Shown piece by piece: positions 47,985-57,384 of a stretch of 64,000 nucleotides of DNA. The DNA is from Syntrophorhabdaceae bacterium. GTDB taxonomy: Bacteria > Desulfobacterota > Syntrophorhabdia > Syntrophorhabdales > Syntrophorhabdaceae. The notes beneath the pieces are model-generated. The model made no database searches. It worked only from the letters and a program-made list of their open reading frames with translations, and was not told the origin of the DNA. Location of the stretch: NCBI GenBank assembly GCA_963665295.1, contig OY762209.1, forward strand, positions 3,264,001 to 3,328,000, in the 5' to 3' direction. Within the stretch, counting starts at the first letter, position 1. Every line of letters starts with the position of its first letter. The translations under genes were made by a program, and so were the position numbers.

Positions 47985-48776
47985 TTAGAAGTTCTTGAAT
48001 CCTTGACCCTTGCCCGATCCTTCCAGGGGACTCGTTTTCGGGGGGTCAAGGTCTAACTGTCTCTTCAGGTTTGCATTGGCCATTGCCTGTTTTTGCGCCT
48101 CAGCCGCAAAGTATGACGACTGCGCCCGGTTGCTTGCGGCAACGACCTCCTGAAGTCTCATTAATTGCTGAACGGTCATTCCGGAAAGCTGATTGCCTGC
48201 CTGGGTGGCGGCAAGTGCGCCGCTGGCGGACTGTGAGGCCTGCATAAGGCTCGTAAGGTTAGCCGCGTCCTTGTCGATCTGTGCAGTGAGCCCCTGCGCC
48301 CGCATTGCATCGTAGGCACTGTTGTTGCTTTGATTCAGGATCTGCTGCGCCTGGTTCGCGTACTGTTTGCCCGACATGCCGTTATAGCCGGCAAAGTTCT
48401 TGTAGACCCCGTCGTATGCTCCCTGAAGCTTCGTATAGTCCATGGTAATCCCGCGCATGTCGTTTCTCACAGTGGCCAACTGAGAAAGGGCGCTCTGTAT
48501 GCGGGACATGGTGTTTTGTGCGGTACCGGGGTTCATGCTGGATAGGTTCCTGGCCTGATTCTGAAGGCTCTGAAGCTGGTTCTCGATCTGTTTGGCGGTA
48601 TTCATTGCGGTCTGAAGTTCCTTGGCGTAGCTCATGACCGTCTGCATGAATACCGAGGGGTCAAAGACGATGTCGCCGAATCCGAGGAAGGCCCGGCAGG
48701 GACTGACTGTAAAGAGGGCCATTGCCGCAAGTAATGCCACTGCCACGAAAACGTGTTTCTGTCGAATCTTTTTCAT
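47985..48776 (-). CDS. trbJ: T4SS TrbJ/VirB5
   Basis: Signal peptide; VFDP; SQSA.GAL.ATQAGNQL. Confidence 0.93.
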   Translation of the reverse strand: MKKIRQKHVFVAVALLAAMALFTVSPCRAFLGFGDIVFDPSVFMQTVMSYAKELQTAMNTAKQIENQLQSLQNQARNLSSMNPGTAQNTMSRIQSALSQLATVRNDMRGITMDYTKLQGAYDGVYKNFAGYNGMSGKQYANQAQQILNQSNNSAYDAMRAQGLTAQIDKDAANLTSLMQASQSASGALAATQAGNQLSGMTVQQLMRLQEVVAASNRAQSSYFAAEAQKQAMANANLKRQLDLDPPKTSPLEGSGKGQGFKNF

Positions 48777-51199
48777 ATTGCCTCCTGTATGGTTCTATTT
48801 GCATGAAGCGGTATGACTCCCGCGATGTCCTTGTATCTCAGCCATTCGTCGTTGAAGTCCTCATCCCCTGCGAGAATCTCAGAAACCATCTTCCGGTCTT
48901 CCGGAGTGCTCGACCCGCAATAGGCGAGGGCGAGGGGTCCAAGGGCAAGGTCAAAGAGCCTGGACCCTGCAATTGACTTGTAGTAATACTGCCGTTTCGG
49001 GGTCGCCATGGCGATGATCTCTATTTCCCGATCATTAAGCCCATAACCCCGGTAGATCGCGGCCATGCGCTCATCCAGGGCATTGCTGTTGGGAAGGTAA
49101 ATCTTCGTAGGGCATGATTCCTTAATCACACTCGCAATGGAACTGCTTTCCACGTCTTGAAGGCTCTGCGTGGCGAAGACTACCGCCACGTTTGCCTTTC
49201 TCAGTACCTTCAGCCATTCCCTGATTTTTGCCGCAAATACGGGGTTGTCCAGAAAGAGCCAGCATTCATCAAGGAAGAGGATCGAGGGAGAACCGTCAAA
49301 CCGTTGTTCCAAACGGTGGAAGAGATATGACAGGGCGGGCGGTACCGCCGCCTTTGTCTCCATGAGTTTTGCCATTTCGAAGACCTGCCAGCGGCCATAT
49401 GACAGGTTGTCGTGAGTTGCATCGAAGAGACGGCCAAAGGAGCCGTTAAGAGTGGCCGGTTCGAGGGCCTGGCGCAAACGGGCGTCCTGGAGAAGGAGCG
49501 TAAGGCCGGTGACGGTGCGCTGTTCCGGAGGAGAGGATGCAAGGGATCTAAGGGCTGTCCACACTGCTTTCTTTACGTCGGGATTGACTTCCACGTTCTC
49601 GGCTCTCAGGAAGTCATAGACCCACTCCGCCGCCCACGACATCTCAAGCTCGTTGTCTATGGCGGCCAAGGGCTGGAAGGACAACGCTCCAGATGTCTCA
49701 GCGGCGAGGTCGTAGAAATCACCTCCCACTCCCGCCGTAAGAGCTTTGATACTCCCGTCTTTATCAAAGAAGTATATCTGCGCGTCCGAATATCTCCGGA
49801 ACTGCGCGGCGAGGATTGCGAGGAGCACGGACTTTCCGGAACCGGTGGGTCCGACTATCATGGTATGGCCCACATCATCGACGTGGAGGTTGAGCCGGAA
49901 GGGTGTATTGCCTGACGTTTGTGTGTGCATGAGGACCGGGGCCTTAAAATGAGTATTTATCTCCGGTCCTGCCCACACTGCCGACAAAGGGAATATATGG
50001 GAGAGGTTAAGCGAGCTTAGGAGGGGCCTTCTCACATTTGCCCGGCAGAGACCCGGAAGGCTCCCGAACCACGCGTCAACGGCGTTCAACGTTTCGTTTA
50101 TGACGGTAAAGCCCAAGCTGTTGATCGTTTTTTCAAGGGCGCGAACCTTCTTTTGCACAAGGAGAGCATCCGTGTCCCACACGACAATCGACGCAGTGTA
50201 ATACCCATAGCTCACCGCGTCGTCTGCGACTTCCTGGAGGGCTGCATCCGCGTCTGACGCCTTGTTCATGGCGTCGTTGTCCACCATGGCGCTTTCCGTC
50301 TGTGTGACGGTCTCTTTGATGAGGGTCATGATCCCCTTTCTCTTGGCCCACCACTGACGGCGGTACCTGCCGATCTCGGATAAGGCTTCCCTTTTGTCCA
50401 GGGGGATGAAGCGGGTCACCCATCGGTATTCGAAGTTAAGCCGGTTCAGGTTGTCGAAGATCCCCGGAACACTCACCCCCGGAAAGCCCATGATCGATAT
50501 GACACACAGGTGATGCTCACCTAGTCGCGGTTCAAAGCCCGAGATAAGGGGTGTGTCTGCAAGAAGGGCATCGAGATACATGGGTATCTCAGGGGCCCTC
50601 ACGGGATGACGCTTCGGTGATACGCAGCTATGGAGGTAGGTAAGCGTCTCCGAGTCGTTGAGCGGCCTTGCTTCGGGCAAGAGTTCCGAGAGAAGGGAAG
50701 ATATCCGATCCGATTCCGTGAGGAAGGTCTTAAGGTGCGCCTCGTAGGTCTCCTGCTCTTTTTCGTAACCCCTGCCCCTCTCGATGAAGGCCTTTTCAAT
50801 CCTGGCGTGCTGCTCGGCAGGGGGAAGGAAGAGAAGGGTAAGGTAGTAAAGGCTCTCATAGTGGTTCCCCACCGAGAAGAAGTGTTGCCGCTCTTCGTCG
50901 ATCAGGGCGGTTACGGCATCGGGAAATTCCGATTCCGGATAGCCCTGGCTTTTCACTCTTTGAGCCTCCGCGTAGATGACCCATCCCCCGGAGAGGCGCT
51001 TCACTGCATTATTGAGCCGGGCTGTTATCGAGACAAGCTCGGCGGGTGTGGCGCTCTCAAGGTCCGGACCTCTGAAGGCATAGGACCGTTGAAACGAACC
51101 GTCCTTGTTGAGCACCACTCCCGGAGCGACAAAAGCCGCCCACGGGAGATAGTCCGTCAGCTTGTCCGGCTTTTTCTGAAATTCTCTGAGATTCAGCAT
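48773..51199 (-). CDS. trbE: T4SS ATPase TrbE/VirB4
   Basis: L.DYLPWA; GPTGSGKS; LDECW; WLKVLRK; FATQS. Confidence 0.97.
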   Translation of the reverse strand: MLNLREFQKKPDKLTDYLPWAAFVAPGVVLNKDGSFQRSYAFRGPDLESATPAELVSITARLNNAVKRLSGGWVIYAEAQRVKSQGYPESEFPDAVTALIDEERQHFFSVGNHYESLYYLTLLFLPPAEQHARIEKAFIERGRGYEKEQETYEAHLKTFLTESDRISSLLSELLPEARPLNDSETLTYLHSCVSPKRHPVRAPEIPMYLDALLADTPLISGFEPRLGEHHLCVISIMGFPGVSVPGIFDNLNRLNFEYRWVTRFIPLDKREALSEIGRYRRQWWAKRKGIMTLIKETVTQTESAMVDNDAMNKASDADAALQEVADDAVSYGYYTASIVVWDTDALLVQKKVRALEKTINSLGFTVINETLNAVDAWFGSLPGLCRANVRRPLLSSLNLSHIFPLSAVWAGPEINTHFKAPVLMHTQTSGNTPFRLNLHVDDVGHTMIVGPTGSGKSVLLAILAAQFRRYSDAQIYFFDKDGSIKALTAGVGGDFYDLAAETSGALSFQPLAAIDNELEMSWAAEWVYDFLRAENVEVNPDVKKAVWTALRSLASSPPEQRTVTGLTLLLQDARLRQALEPATLNGSFGRLFDATHDNLSYGRWQVFEMAKLMETKAAVPPALSYLFHRLEQRFDGSPSILFLDECWLFLDNPVFAAKIREWLKVLRKANVAVVFATQSLQDVESSSIASVIKESCPTKIYLPNSNALDERMAAIYRGYGLNDREIEIIAMATPKRQYYYKSIAGSRLFDLALGPLALAYCGSSTPEDRKMVSEILAGDEDFNDEWLRYKDIAGVIPLHANRTIQEAI

Positions 51200-51209
51200 A
51201 GTACCTCCG

Positions 51210-51458
51210 TTACGTCGAGTAGTAAGCTTTCTGCTTTATGTGCCGCCTGAAGCAATCGAAGAATTGAGGGTCGCGCTTGGTCATGACTACGGCGGCAACG
51301 TGGACGAAGAGACAAAAAGGAATCACATAGAAGGAGTGGAGACCGATACCGAAGGCCGCGCCGATGGTGCCGTTGAGTATAGCAATAGGCCGTGGCACTC
51401 CTCCCATGAGGATATGCTCGGTGAGAGCCCTGTGAAGTGGTACCTCGTATCCGTCCAT
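51210..51458 (-). CDS. trbD: T4SS TrbD/VirB3
   Basis: P.HRALTE.IL.GG.PR..AILNGT; KRDPQF. Confidence 0.93.
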   Translation of the reverse strand: MDGYEVPLHRALTEHILMGGVPRPIAILNGTIGAAFGIGLHSFYVIPFCLFVHVAAVVMTKRDPQFFDCFRRHIKQKAYYST

Positions 51459-51461
51459 GGT

Positions 51462-51779
51462 CTACCTCATGAAGCAACCGCCCGCGAAGCCGAAGAAGGA
51501 GAGGCCGAAACTGCTGGCGGAGAAGGCTATGGAGAGACCGAAGACGATGCCGAGGCACTTCCTCATGAGCCCGCCGCCTTCCCCGAAGGCAAGACCAAGA
51601 CCCGTGAGGCAGATAGCGATGACACCGGCTATCTTGGCGACAGGTCCGGAGATGGAATCAAGGATCTTCTGAAGCGGACTCTCCCACGGCAGGCCGGAGC
51701 CTGACGCATGGGCAAAGACGGGCAGTAAGAGCATTACTGCGAGGATCAGGAGAACGGACAAAGCTGGTTGGTGTTTCAT
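51462..51779 (-). CDS. trbC: Pilin TrbC/VirB2
   Basis: LPWESPLQKILDSISGPVAK; FGLSIAF. Confidence 0.95.
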   Translation of the reverse strand: MKHQPALSVLLILAVMLLLPVFAHASGSGLPWESPLQKILDSISGPVAKIAGVIAICLTGLGLAFGEGGGLMRKCLGIVFGLSIAFSASSFGLSFFGFAGGCFMR

Positions 51780-51791
51780 GGTGGAACCTCC

Positions 51792-52769
51792 TTAGATTAG
51801 AGTGCGGATGGCATATTCGCCATCCGTGAAGCCCGTCACTTCGACGATCTCCTTGACTCGCCTGCTGTGACGGTAACGCTCGATGAAAATAACGATGTTC
51901 ACCGACTCGGCGATAAGGGCCTTCTGCGGTGTGGGTATTGCCTCTTGTATCAATTGCTCAAGGCGCGTGAGTCCTCCTTTTGCGCTGTTTGCGTGGACCG
52001 TGGCGACACCTCCGGGGTGGCCGGTGTTCCAGGCTTTGAGCAGGGTCAGAGCTTCGGGACCTCTGACTTCCCCGACTATAATCCGGTCGGGCCTGAGCCT
52101 CATGGTGGCCTTCAAGAGGTCGTTCATGGAGACATGGGACCGTGATCTCAGGAAGACGGTGTCCGGGGCGGTGCACTGGAGCTCCAGGGTATCCTCGATG
52201 ATGATGCAACGGTCCAGGGTCTTCGAGACTTCATTGAGTACCGCGTTTGCAAGAGTGGTCTTCCCGGAGCCGGTCCCGCCCACGATAAGAATGTTCTGCT
52301 TCCGCTGTACTGCTTCGATGATCTTCTCTTTTTGGGACTCAGAAATGATCCCGTCCTTGACGTAGTCGTCCAAGGTAAAAACCATGAGGGCCTTCTTCCG
52401 GATGGTAAAGACAGGAGTGGAAGTGACAGGGGGCAATATCCCCTGGAAGCGGTTCCCGTTGCCGGGAAGCTCCGCCGATACCATGGGTTGACCGGCGCTG
52501 CATATGGAGCCGGTGGAACTGGCGACAAGCTCTATGACGCGCTGGGCATCTGCGGGGTTGATGGTGTACCCGGTATCCGATCTGCCCGAACCAAGCCGGT
52601 CGACCCATAGGCGGCCATCGGGGTTGAGCATCAGTTCTACTACTGCGGGGTCTTCGAGAAGGGCGGTGATGTGAGCGCCCATTGCGGTGGTAAGCATCTG
52701 CAGCAGGCGGTGGTGGGATGTGTCGCCGTGGAGGTCGCGGACATTTCCACGGGAGGGGGTTCCGGTCAT
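51792..52769 (-). CDS. trbB: T4SS ATPase TrbB/VirB11
   Basis: GGTGSGKTT; RLRPDRIIVGEVRG; AWNTGHPGG. Confidence 0.97.
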   Translation of the reverse strand: MTGTPSRGNVRDLHGDTSHHRLLQMLTTAMGAHITALLEDPAVVELMLNPDGRLWVDRLGSGRSDTGYTINPADAQRVIELVASSTGSICSAGQPMVSAELPGNGNRFQGILPPVTSTPVFTIRKKALMVFTLDDYVKDGIISESQKEKIIEAVQRKQNILIVGGTGSGKTTLANAVLNEVSKTLDRCIIIEDTLELQCTAPDTVFLRSRSHVSMNDLLKATMRLRPDRIIVGEVRGPEALTLLKAWNTGHPGGVATVHANSAKGGLTRLEQLIQEAIPTPQKALIAESVNIVIFIERYRHSRRVKEIVEVTGFTDGEYAIRTLI

Positions 52770-53350
52770 TTGGCGTTCTCCTTTCGGTAGTAGGTAACTG
52801 CATTGGAGGGCTGGCATGTGATCATCCGGGTTGATGCCAGACGGGTATCGTGAGTGCCGGGGATATGGTGTGCGCTGCGAGCTCGTTTCAGGATTTTGGC
52901 AATGTAGCGGGTACCGTGATAAGGGGTGCCGGTATTATAAGAGGAAAGGGATTTGAGAAGGGTGACGTCAGGAGGGTCCGAAGGATTCTTCTGTCTGTGG
53001 GTCCGGTAGAAGGCTGCGAGGATCTCCGTTCCCGTCCTGATGTTGAAGCATGGATCGAAGAGGCTGTCGCAGTCGATCCTTTTCTTTCTCAGGTGCCATG
53101 AGTTGATCTGCATCAGGCCTATATCTATCGAGTGGCGGCGGGCAAGCAGTCGGGAGGCGATCTCCACGGCCTGGGAGCGGGTGGAAGGTGTGTACGAGCC
53201 TCCTGTGTCGTTGTCATGGATCGCGAGGGGGTTTCCTCCGCTCTCCACTTCCACGATAGCCTGGGTAGTGGCCGGGTGGACCTCCGGTCCACACGTGCCA
53301 TACAGAGAAGAAAGACCGATGATGCCGCTTAACAGAATTACCTGGATCAC
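52766..53350 (-). CDS. Lytic transglycosylase (VirB1-like)
   Basis: VESGGNP.AI; D.GLMQIN; YNTG. Confidence 0.9.
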   Translation of the reverse strand: MIQVILLSGIIGLSSLYGTCGPEVHPATTQAIVEVESGGNPLAIHDNDTGGSYTPSTRSQAVEIASRLLARRHSIDIGLMQINSWHLRKKRIDCDSLFDPCFNIRTGTEILAAFYRTHRQKNPSDPPDVTLLKSLSSYNTGTPYHGTRYIAKILKRARSAHHIPGTHDTRLASTRMITCQPSNAVTYYRKENAK

Positions 53351-53365
53351 GTGGTACTCTTACCT

Positions 53366-53893
53366 TTAATACGTCCAGACAGGCGACGCTTTACCTTTAA
53401 TGGATGCCATCTCAACAGTGCCGAAGTATCTGCCGTCAAATGAGCGGGGAATATGTGTCGAAAGAGGAAGAAACCTTCCGGGCTCGACCGTGTGGGTGCC
53501 TGTGATTCGGGGAAGCCGGTTGCCTTCGTCGTCCTGGTCATAGACCGGGCCGATATATCGTCCGTTGATGTAGATCGAGCCCTTTTCCACCGAGTACGTC
53601 TCGCCGGGGAGCGCCCCGACATATTTGATGAGGGGCCAGCCCTCAGGGAGCCAGCGGCGGCCATAGATATATCGATGTACCCTTTGAGGCGGATCGAAGA
53701 CGACGAGATCGCCGACAGCAAGGGTAGCAGGCGGGGCCGTCCTGTAAACGCCAAGGGGTACGCTCGGGCTCAGATTCAGATAGTAATACTTCTGGAGCTT
53801 GCTTACGGGAAAGGACAGGAGCAACAATACCGCTCCTGCGGTCATGGTGAAAAGAACTTTACCGCTCACCAAAATTGACCCGCCTTTGCTCAT
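53366..53893 (-). CDS. traF: Conjugal transfer S26 peptidase TraF (N-terminus replaced by IS-derived sequence)
   Basis: NLSPSVPLGVY; LIKYV.ALPG; SFDGRYFG; first codons lie inside the IS left end. Confidence 0.88.
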   Translation of the reverse strand: MSKGGSILVSGKVLFTMTAGAVLLLLSFPVSKLQKYYYLNLSPSVPLGVYRTAPPATLAVGDLVVFDPPQRVHRYIYGRRWLPEGWPLIKYVGALPGETYSVEKGSIYINGRYIGPVYDQDDEGNRLPRITGTHTVEPGRFLPLSTHIPRSFDGRYFGTVEMASIKGKASPVWTY

Positions 53894-54015
53894 AAGAACA
53901 GACCCGCCAGCGAGATCAGATCAGTAGTCTCCCTTCCTCCCCCGTTTCAACCATCCTTACGAGGAGTGTGTGCGCCGATGTAGACTATCAAAAACCATAA
54001 AGGGGGTATACGGGT

Positions 54016-54360
54016 GTGGTCACGCGATGCCTTTACTGCGGGAGATACTTTGTTCCTGACCGGCGGGCCAAGGGGAGACAGAAGGCGTGCGCCGATCCCG
54101 GGTGCAAGAAGAAACGGAAGAAGGCCGCCCAGGAGGCATGGCTTCAGAAGAACCCCGGATACTTCCGCGGCCGCTACCCCTATGTGAAGGAGTGGAGAAA
54201 GCAAAGACGCGTGATACAAGACGGGATACCCCGTGCAAAACGGCCCCAGAGGCTCATCTTCATCATCCCGGCGGACATGGTCCCGATGATACAAGACGAG
54301 ATAGTCCTGAAGAGGTCGGGAAAACGGACCTTTACGGGCCATGGGCATATGCGGGCATGA
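54016..54360 (+). CDS. IS passenger: basic Zn-finger-like protein
   Basis: CLYCGRYF.PD.R....QKAC....C; K/R-rich; GTG start with RBS. Confidence 0.7.
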   Translation: MVTRCLYCGRYFVPDRRAKGRQKACADPGCKKKRKKAAQEAWLQKNPGYFRGRYPYVKEWRKQRRVIQDGIPRAKRPQRLIFIIPADMVPMIQDEIVLKRSGKRTFTGHGHMRA

Positions 54361-54408
54361 TACAAGACACGATGGACCAAGGGGTCCGGGGACGGGTACG
54401 CTCTCTCC

Positions 54409-55416
54409 ATGCAGGAGATCGAGATACGGCAGCTCAACCTCCGCTATGCCCCGACGAGGATCGAGAGGCCGAAACAGAGCCTTGCGCTTATGGACTCCAT
54501 CGAGCGCATAGGCCAGATCGTCCCGGTTGTGGTGATAAAGGAAGGGATGACGCTCATGGACGGCTACCTCAGGGTCAGCGCCCTTATGCGCTTAAGACGC
54601 GACACGGTGATCGTGGAGGTGAGGGACTGCAAGGAGGAGGATGCTCTCGCCGCGCTTCTCTCCCATGGCCGGAAGTGGGATGTGTGGGAGGAGGCGGCCC
54701 TCCTTACGGAGCTTAAGGATCGCAACTTCTCGGAGGAAAGGATCGCCGCGATGGTGGGGCACACCCAGGCCTGGGTCTCCACACGTTTGACTCTGTACCG
54801 CAGCCTCCCCGAAGAGAGTGTGCGTCTGATCCGGACAGGATCGGTCTCCGCCTGGACCGCCATGAGGGTCATCGCGCCCATTGCGCGCGCAATGCCGGAG
54901 CATGGAAAGGTCCTTACGGAGAAGGTCTCCGCAATGTCGCCGTCCACACGGGAGATGGCCCAATTCTTCCATCACTATAAGAAGGCAAACCGGAAGCAGA
55001 GAGACCATATGGTACACCATCCTGCCCTCTTCCTCGCGTCCCTTCACGCCAAAGACGAGGCATCCCGGGCCGGGGCCCTGAGAGGGGGTCCCGAAGGCAG
55101 GTGGTATAAGAATTTACGGATCATCACCCATATGCTCAAAGGGCTCATCAAGGAGGTTCCCATGCTCTTCGCCGGTGTGGGCAACCTCGACCGGCGAGCC
55201 CTTTTGACCGCCTTCGAAGACGGCAGGAGAGAGCTTATGGAGCTCGAAAAGGAGATAGGGAGATATGATTACCGAGGAGATGAGACAGGCTATTTTGAGC
55301 CTCAACGAGCGGGGAGTCCCCGTCCGGCAGATCGGGAAGATACTGCGCATATCCCGGAACACGGTGAAGAGCGCGATCCGGGGAAGGCCGACGCCAAAGA
55401 GGCAGTCTCCCCATGA
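54409..55416 (+). CDS. IS passenger: ParB/Spo0J-like protein (ParB N-domain plus HTH)
   Basis: SIERIGQIVPV...DGYLRVSA; IAAMVGHTQAWVSTRL. Confidence 0.85.
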   Translation: MQEIEIRQLNLRYAPTRIERPKQSLALMDSIERIGQIVPVVVIKEGMTLMDGYLRVSALMRLRRDTVIVEVRDCKEEDALAALLSHGRKWDVWEEAALLTELKDRNFSEERIAAMVGHTQAWVSTRLTLYRSLPEESVRLIRTGSVSAWTAMRVIAPIARAMPEHGKVLTEKVSAMSPSTREMAQFFHHYKKANRKQRDHMVHHPALFLASLHAKDEASRAGALRGGPEGRWYKNLRIITHMLKGLIKEVPMLFAGVGNLDRRALLTAFEDGRRELMELEKEIGRYDYRGDETGYFEPQRAGSPRPADREDTAHIPEHGEERDPGKADAKEAVSP

Positions 55417-56641
55417 GGACATCCTCCCCCTTGTCCGCGAGGCGTTCACTGCCGTCAAAGGCAACGCGGTGAGGGCTCAGGAGATACTTAAGGACCGGGG
55501 TCATACCGTTCCCTACAGCACGCTCACCCGGATCGTGAGGGGGCTTGACTTAAGAGAACGCAGGAAGCGTGCGGGCGCCTACACCTTTGGTCCCGGCGAG
55601 GAGATGCAGCACGACACCTCTCCCCACCAGGCGATGATGGGAGGGAAGAAGGTCAAGGCCCACTGCGCCGGCCTGGTGCTCGCCTATTCGAGGAAACTCT
55701 TCATTCAGTACTACCCTTCCTTCACCCGCTTTGAGGCGAGGGTCTTCCTCGACTGCGCCTTCCGCTTCATGGACGGGGCCTGCCCCCGCGTAATCATCGA
55801 CAACACGAGCGTCATCGTCGCCCACGGATCGGGCCCCGATGCGGATATCGCCCCCGAGATGGAACGCTTCGGGGCGATCTACTCAACCAGGTTCGTTCCC
55901 CACGCCGTGGGCGACGCGGACAGGAAGGCCCGGATCGAGAGAAACTTTGCGTATGCAGAGAATAACTTCCTCGCCGGCCGCACCTTTATTGACTGGCGCG
56001 ATCTCAATGAGCAGGCGAGAAAATGGTGCGAGGATACGGCCAATAAGAAGATAAAACGTTCTCTCGGCATGAGCCCCGAGGCGGCATACCTCATGGAGAA
56101 GCCCCATCTTGTTCCCCTGCCTCCCTATATCCCTCCCGTGTATCAGACCTTCCACAGAACGGTCGACCTGGAGGGCTACGTGGCGGTCGATACCAACCGT
56201 TACTCCGTGCCGGAACGGTTGACCGGCCAAGAGGTGGAGGTCCACAAGCTATGGGACAGGATCGAAGTTTTCTCCGGGAACAGGAAGATAGCAGATCATA
56301 AGAGGCTCATGGACAGGAGGGAGACCCGCGTCACCGCCGACGGACATCACGCCCCGCTGCACCGCCTGAGGGCCTACGGGGGACCCTCGAACGAAGAGAT
56401 AGCCCTCATGGGCCGGCACGAGTGGCTCGACCGGTTTGTCGAAGAGGTGAAGAAACGTTCGGCGGGCAGAGCCGTGAGACCCCTGCGCAGGCTCCTTGAT
56501 CTCAAGAGGACCTATCCCCCGGAGGCCTTCGAGAAGGCGGTTCTGGAGTCGTACCGCTTCGGCCTTTATGATCTGGCCCGCCTTGAGGGAATCATCCTCT
56601 CCCATGTCGCCGGGGACTTCTTCAACGAGGATGAAGAATGA
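55265..56641 (+). CDS. istA: IS21-family transposase
   Basis: N-terminal HTH (ISRNTV); DDE candidates QHD, IIDN, KARIER; YSVP. Confidence 0.92.
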   Translation: MITEEMRQAILSLNERGVPVRQIGKILRISRNTVKSAIRGRPTPKRQSPHEDILPLVREAFTAVKGNAVRAQEILKDRGHTVPYSTLTRIVRGLDLRERRKRAGAYTFGPGEEMQHDTSPHQAMMGGKKVKAHCAGLVLAYSRKLFIQYYPSFTRFEARVFLDCAFRFMDGACPRVIIDNTSVIVAHGSGPDADIAPEMERFGAIYSTRFVPHAVGDADRKARIERNFAYAENNFLAGRTFIDWRDLNEQARKWCEDTANKKIKRSLGMSPEAAYLMEKPHLVPLPPYIPPVYQTFHRTVDLEGYVAVDTNRYSVPERLTGQEVEVHKLWDRIEVFSGNRKIADHKRLMDRRETRVTADGHHAPLHRLRAYGGPSNEEIALMGRHEWLDRFVEEVKKRSAGRAVRPLRRLLDLKRTYPPEAFEKAVLESYRFGLYDLARLEGIILSHVAGDFFNEDEE

Positions 56642-57384
56642 GCCGGAGACTCCACGAGATGCTCTCCCGGCTGCGCCTGAAGGGGATGGAGCGTGTTCTC
56701 GATGATGAGATCGCACGAGCGGAGAAGGAAGGCGCGCCGGTATCGGAGGTCCTTAATCGCCTCCTCTCCGAAGAGCAGGCCTACCGTCAAAACCAAAGCC
56801 TTCTCTACCGGCTCAAGGGAGCGAAAATACCCTGGGACTTCACCCTCAAGACCTTCCCCTTTGAGAGACAGCCCGGGGTGAGCAAGGCCCGGATCCAGGA
56901 GCTCTCGGGGTTGGCTTTTGTGGAGCGGAAGGAGAACATCGTCTTCATCGGAAACCCCGGCACCGGAAAATCAGGACTCGCCACAGGGCTCCTGCGGCAG
57001 GCCCTGCTCTCAGGATACAGGGGGAGGTTCTACCATGCCCAGGACCTCCTCGACGAACTTTATGCCTCCCTGGCGGATAGGTCCAGCGCAAAGCTCATCA
57101 CGCGACTGTGCCGGTATGACGTACTCTTGATTGACGAGCTGGGATATCTGTCCTTAAAGCCGGAGCAGGTCAACGCATTCTTCAAGCTGATGGGGGAACG
57201 TTACGGGAAGAAATCGACAATCCTTACCACGAATTTAGAGTATCAGGAGTGGTACGACCTCTTCCAGAGAAAGAACCTTGTGGATGCCCTCCTGGACCGC
57301 CTTAACCACTATTGCATCACCATACGCATCAACGGGCCCTCTCTCAGGACGTCCCCTCGTGATAAGGGGAAGACCAAAACCTGA
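56638..57384 (+). CDS. istB: IS21-family AAA+ helper ATPase
   Basis: GNPGTGKS; LLIDELGY; TTN; ALLDRL.H; G.SLR. Confidence 0.95.
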   Translation: MSRRLHEMLSRLRLKGMERVLDDEIARAEKEGAPVSEVLNRLLSEEQAYRQNQSLLYRLKGAKIPWDFTLKTFPFERQPGVSKARIQELSGLAFVERKENIVFIGNPGTGKSGLATGLLRQALLSGYRGRFYHAQDLLDELYASLADRSSAKLITRLCRYDVLLIDELGYLSLKPEQVNAFFKLMGERYGKKSTILTTNLEYQEWYDLFQRKNLVDALLDRLNHYCITIRINGPSLRTSPRDKGKTKT

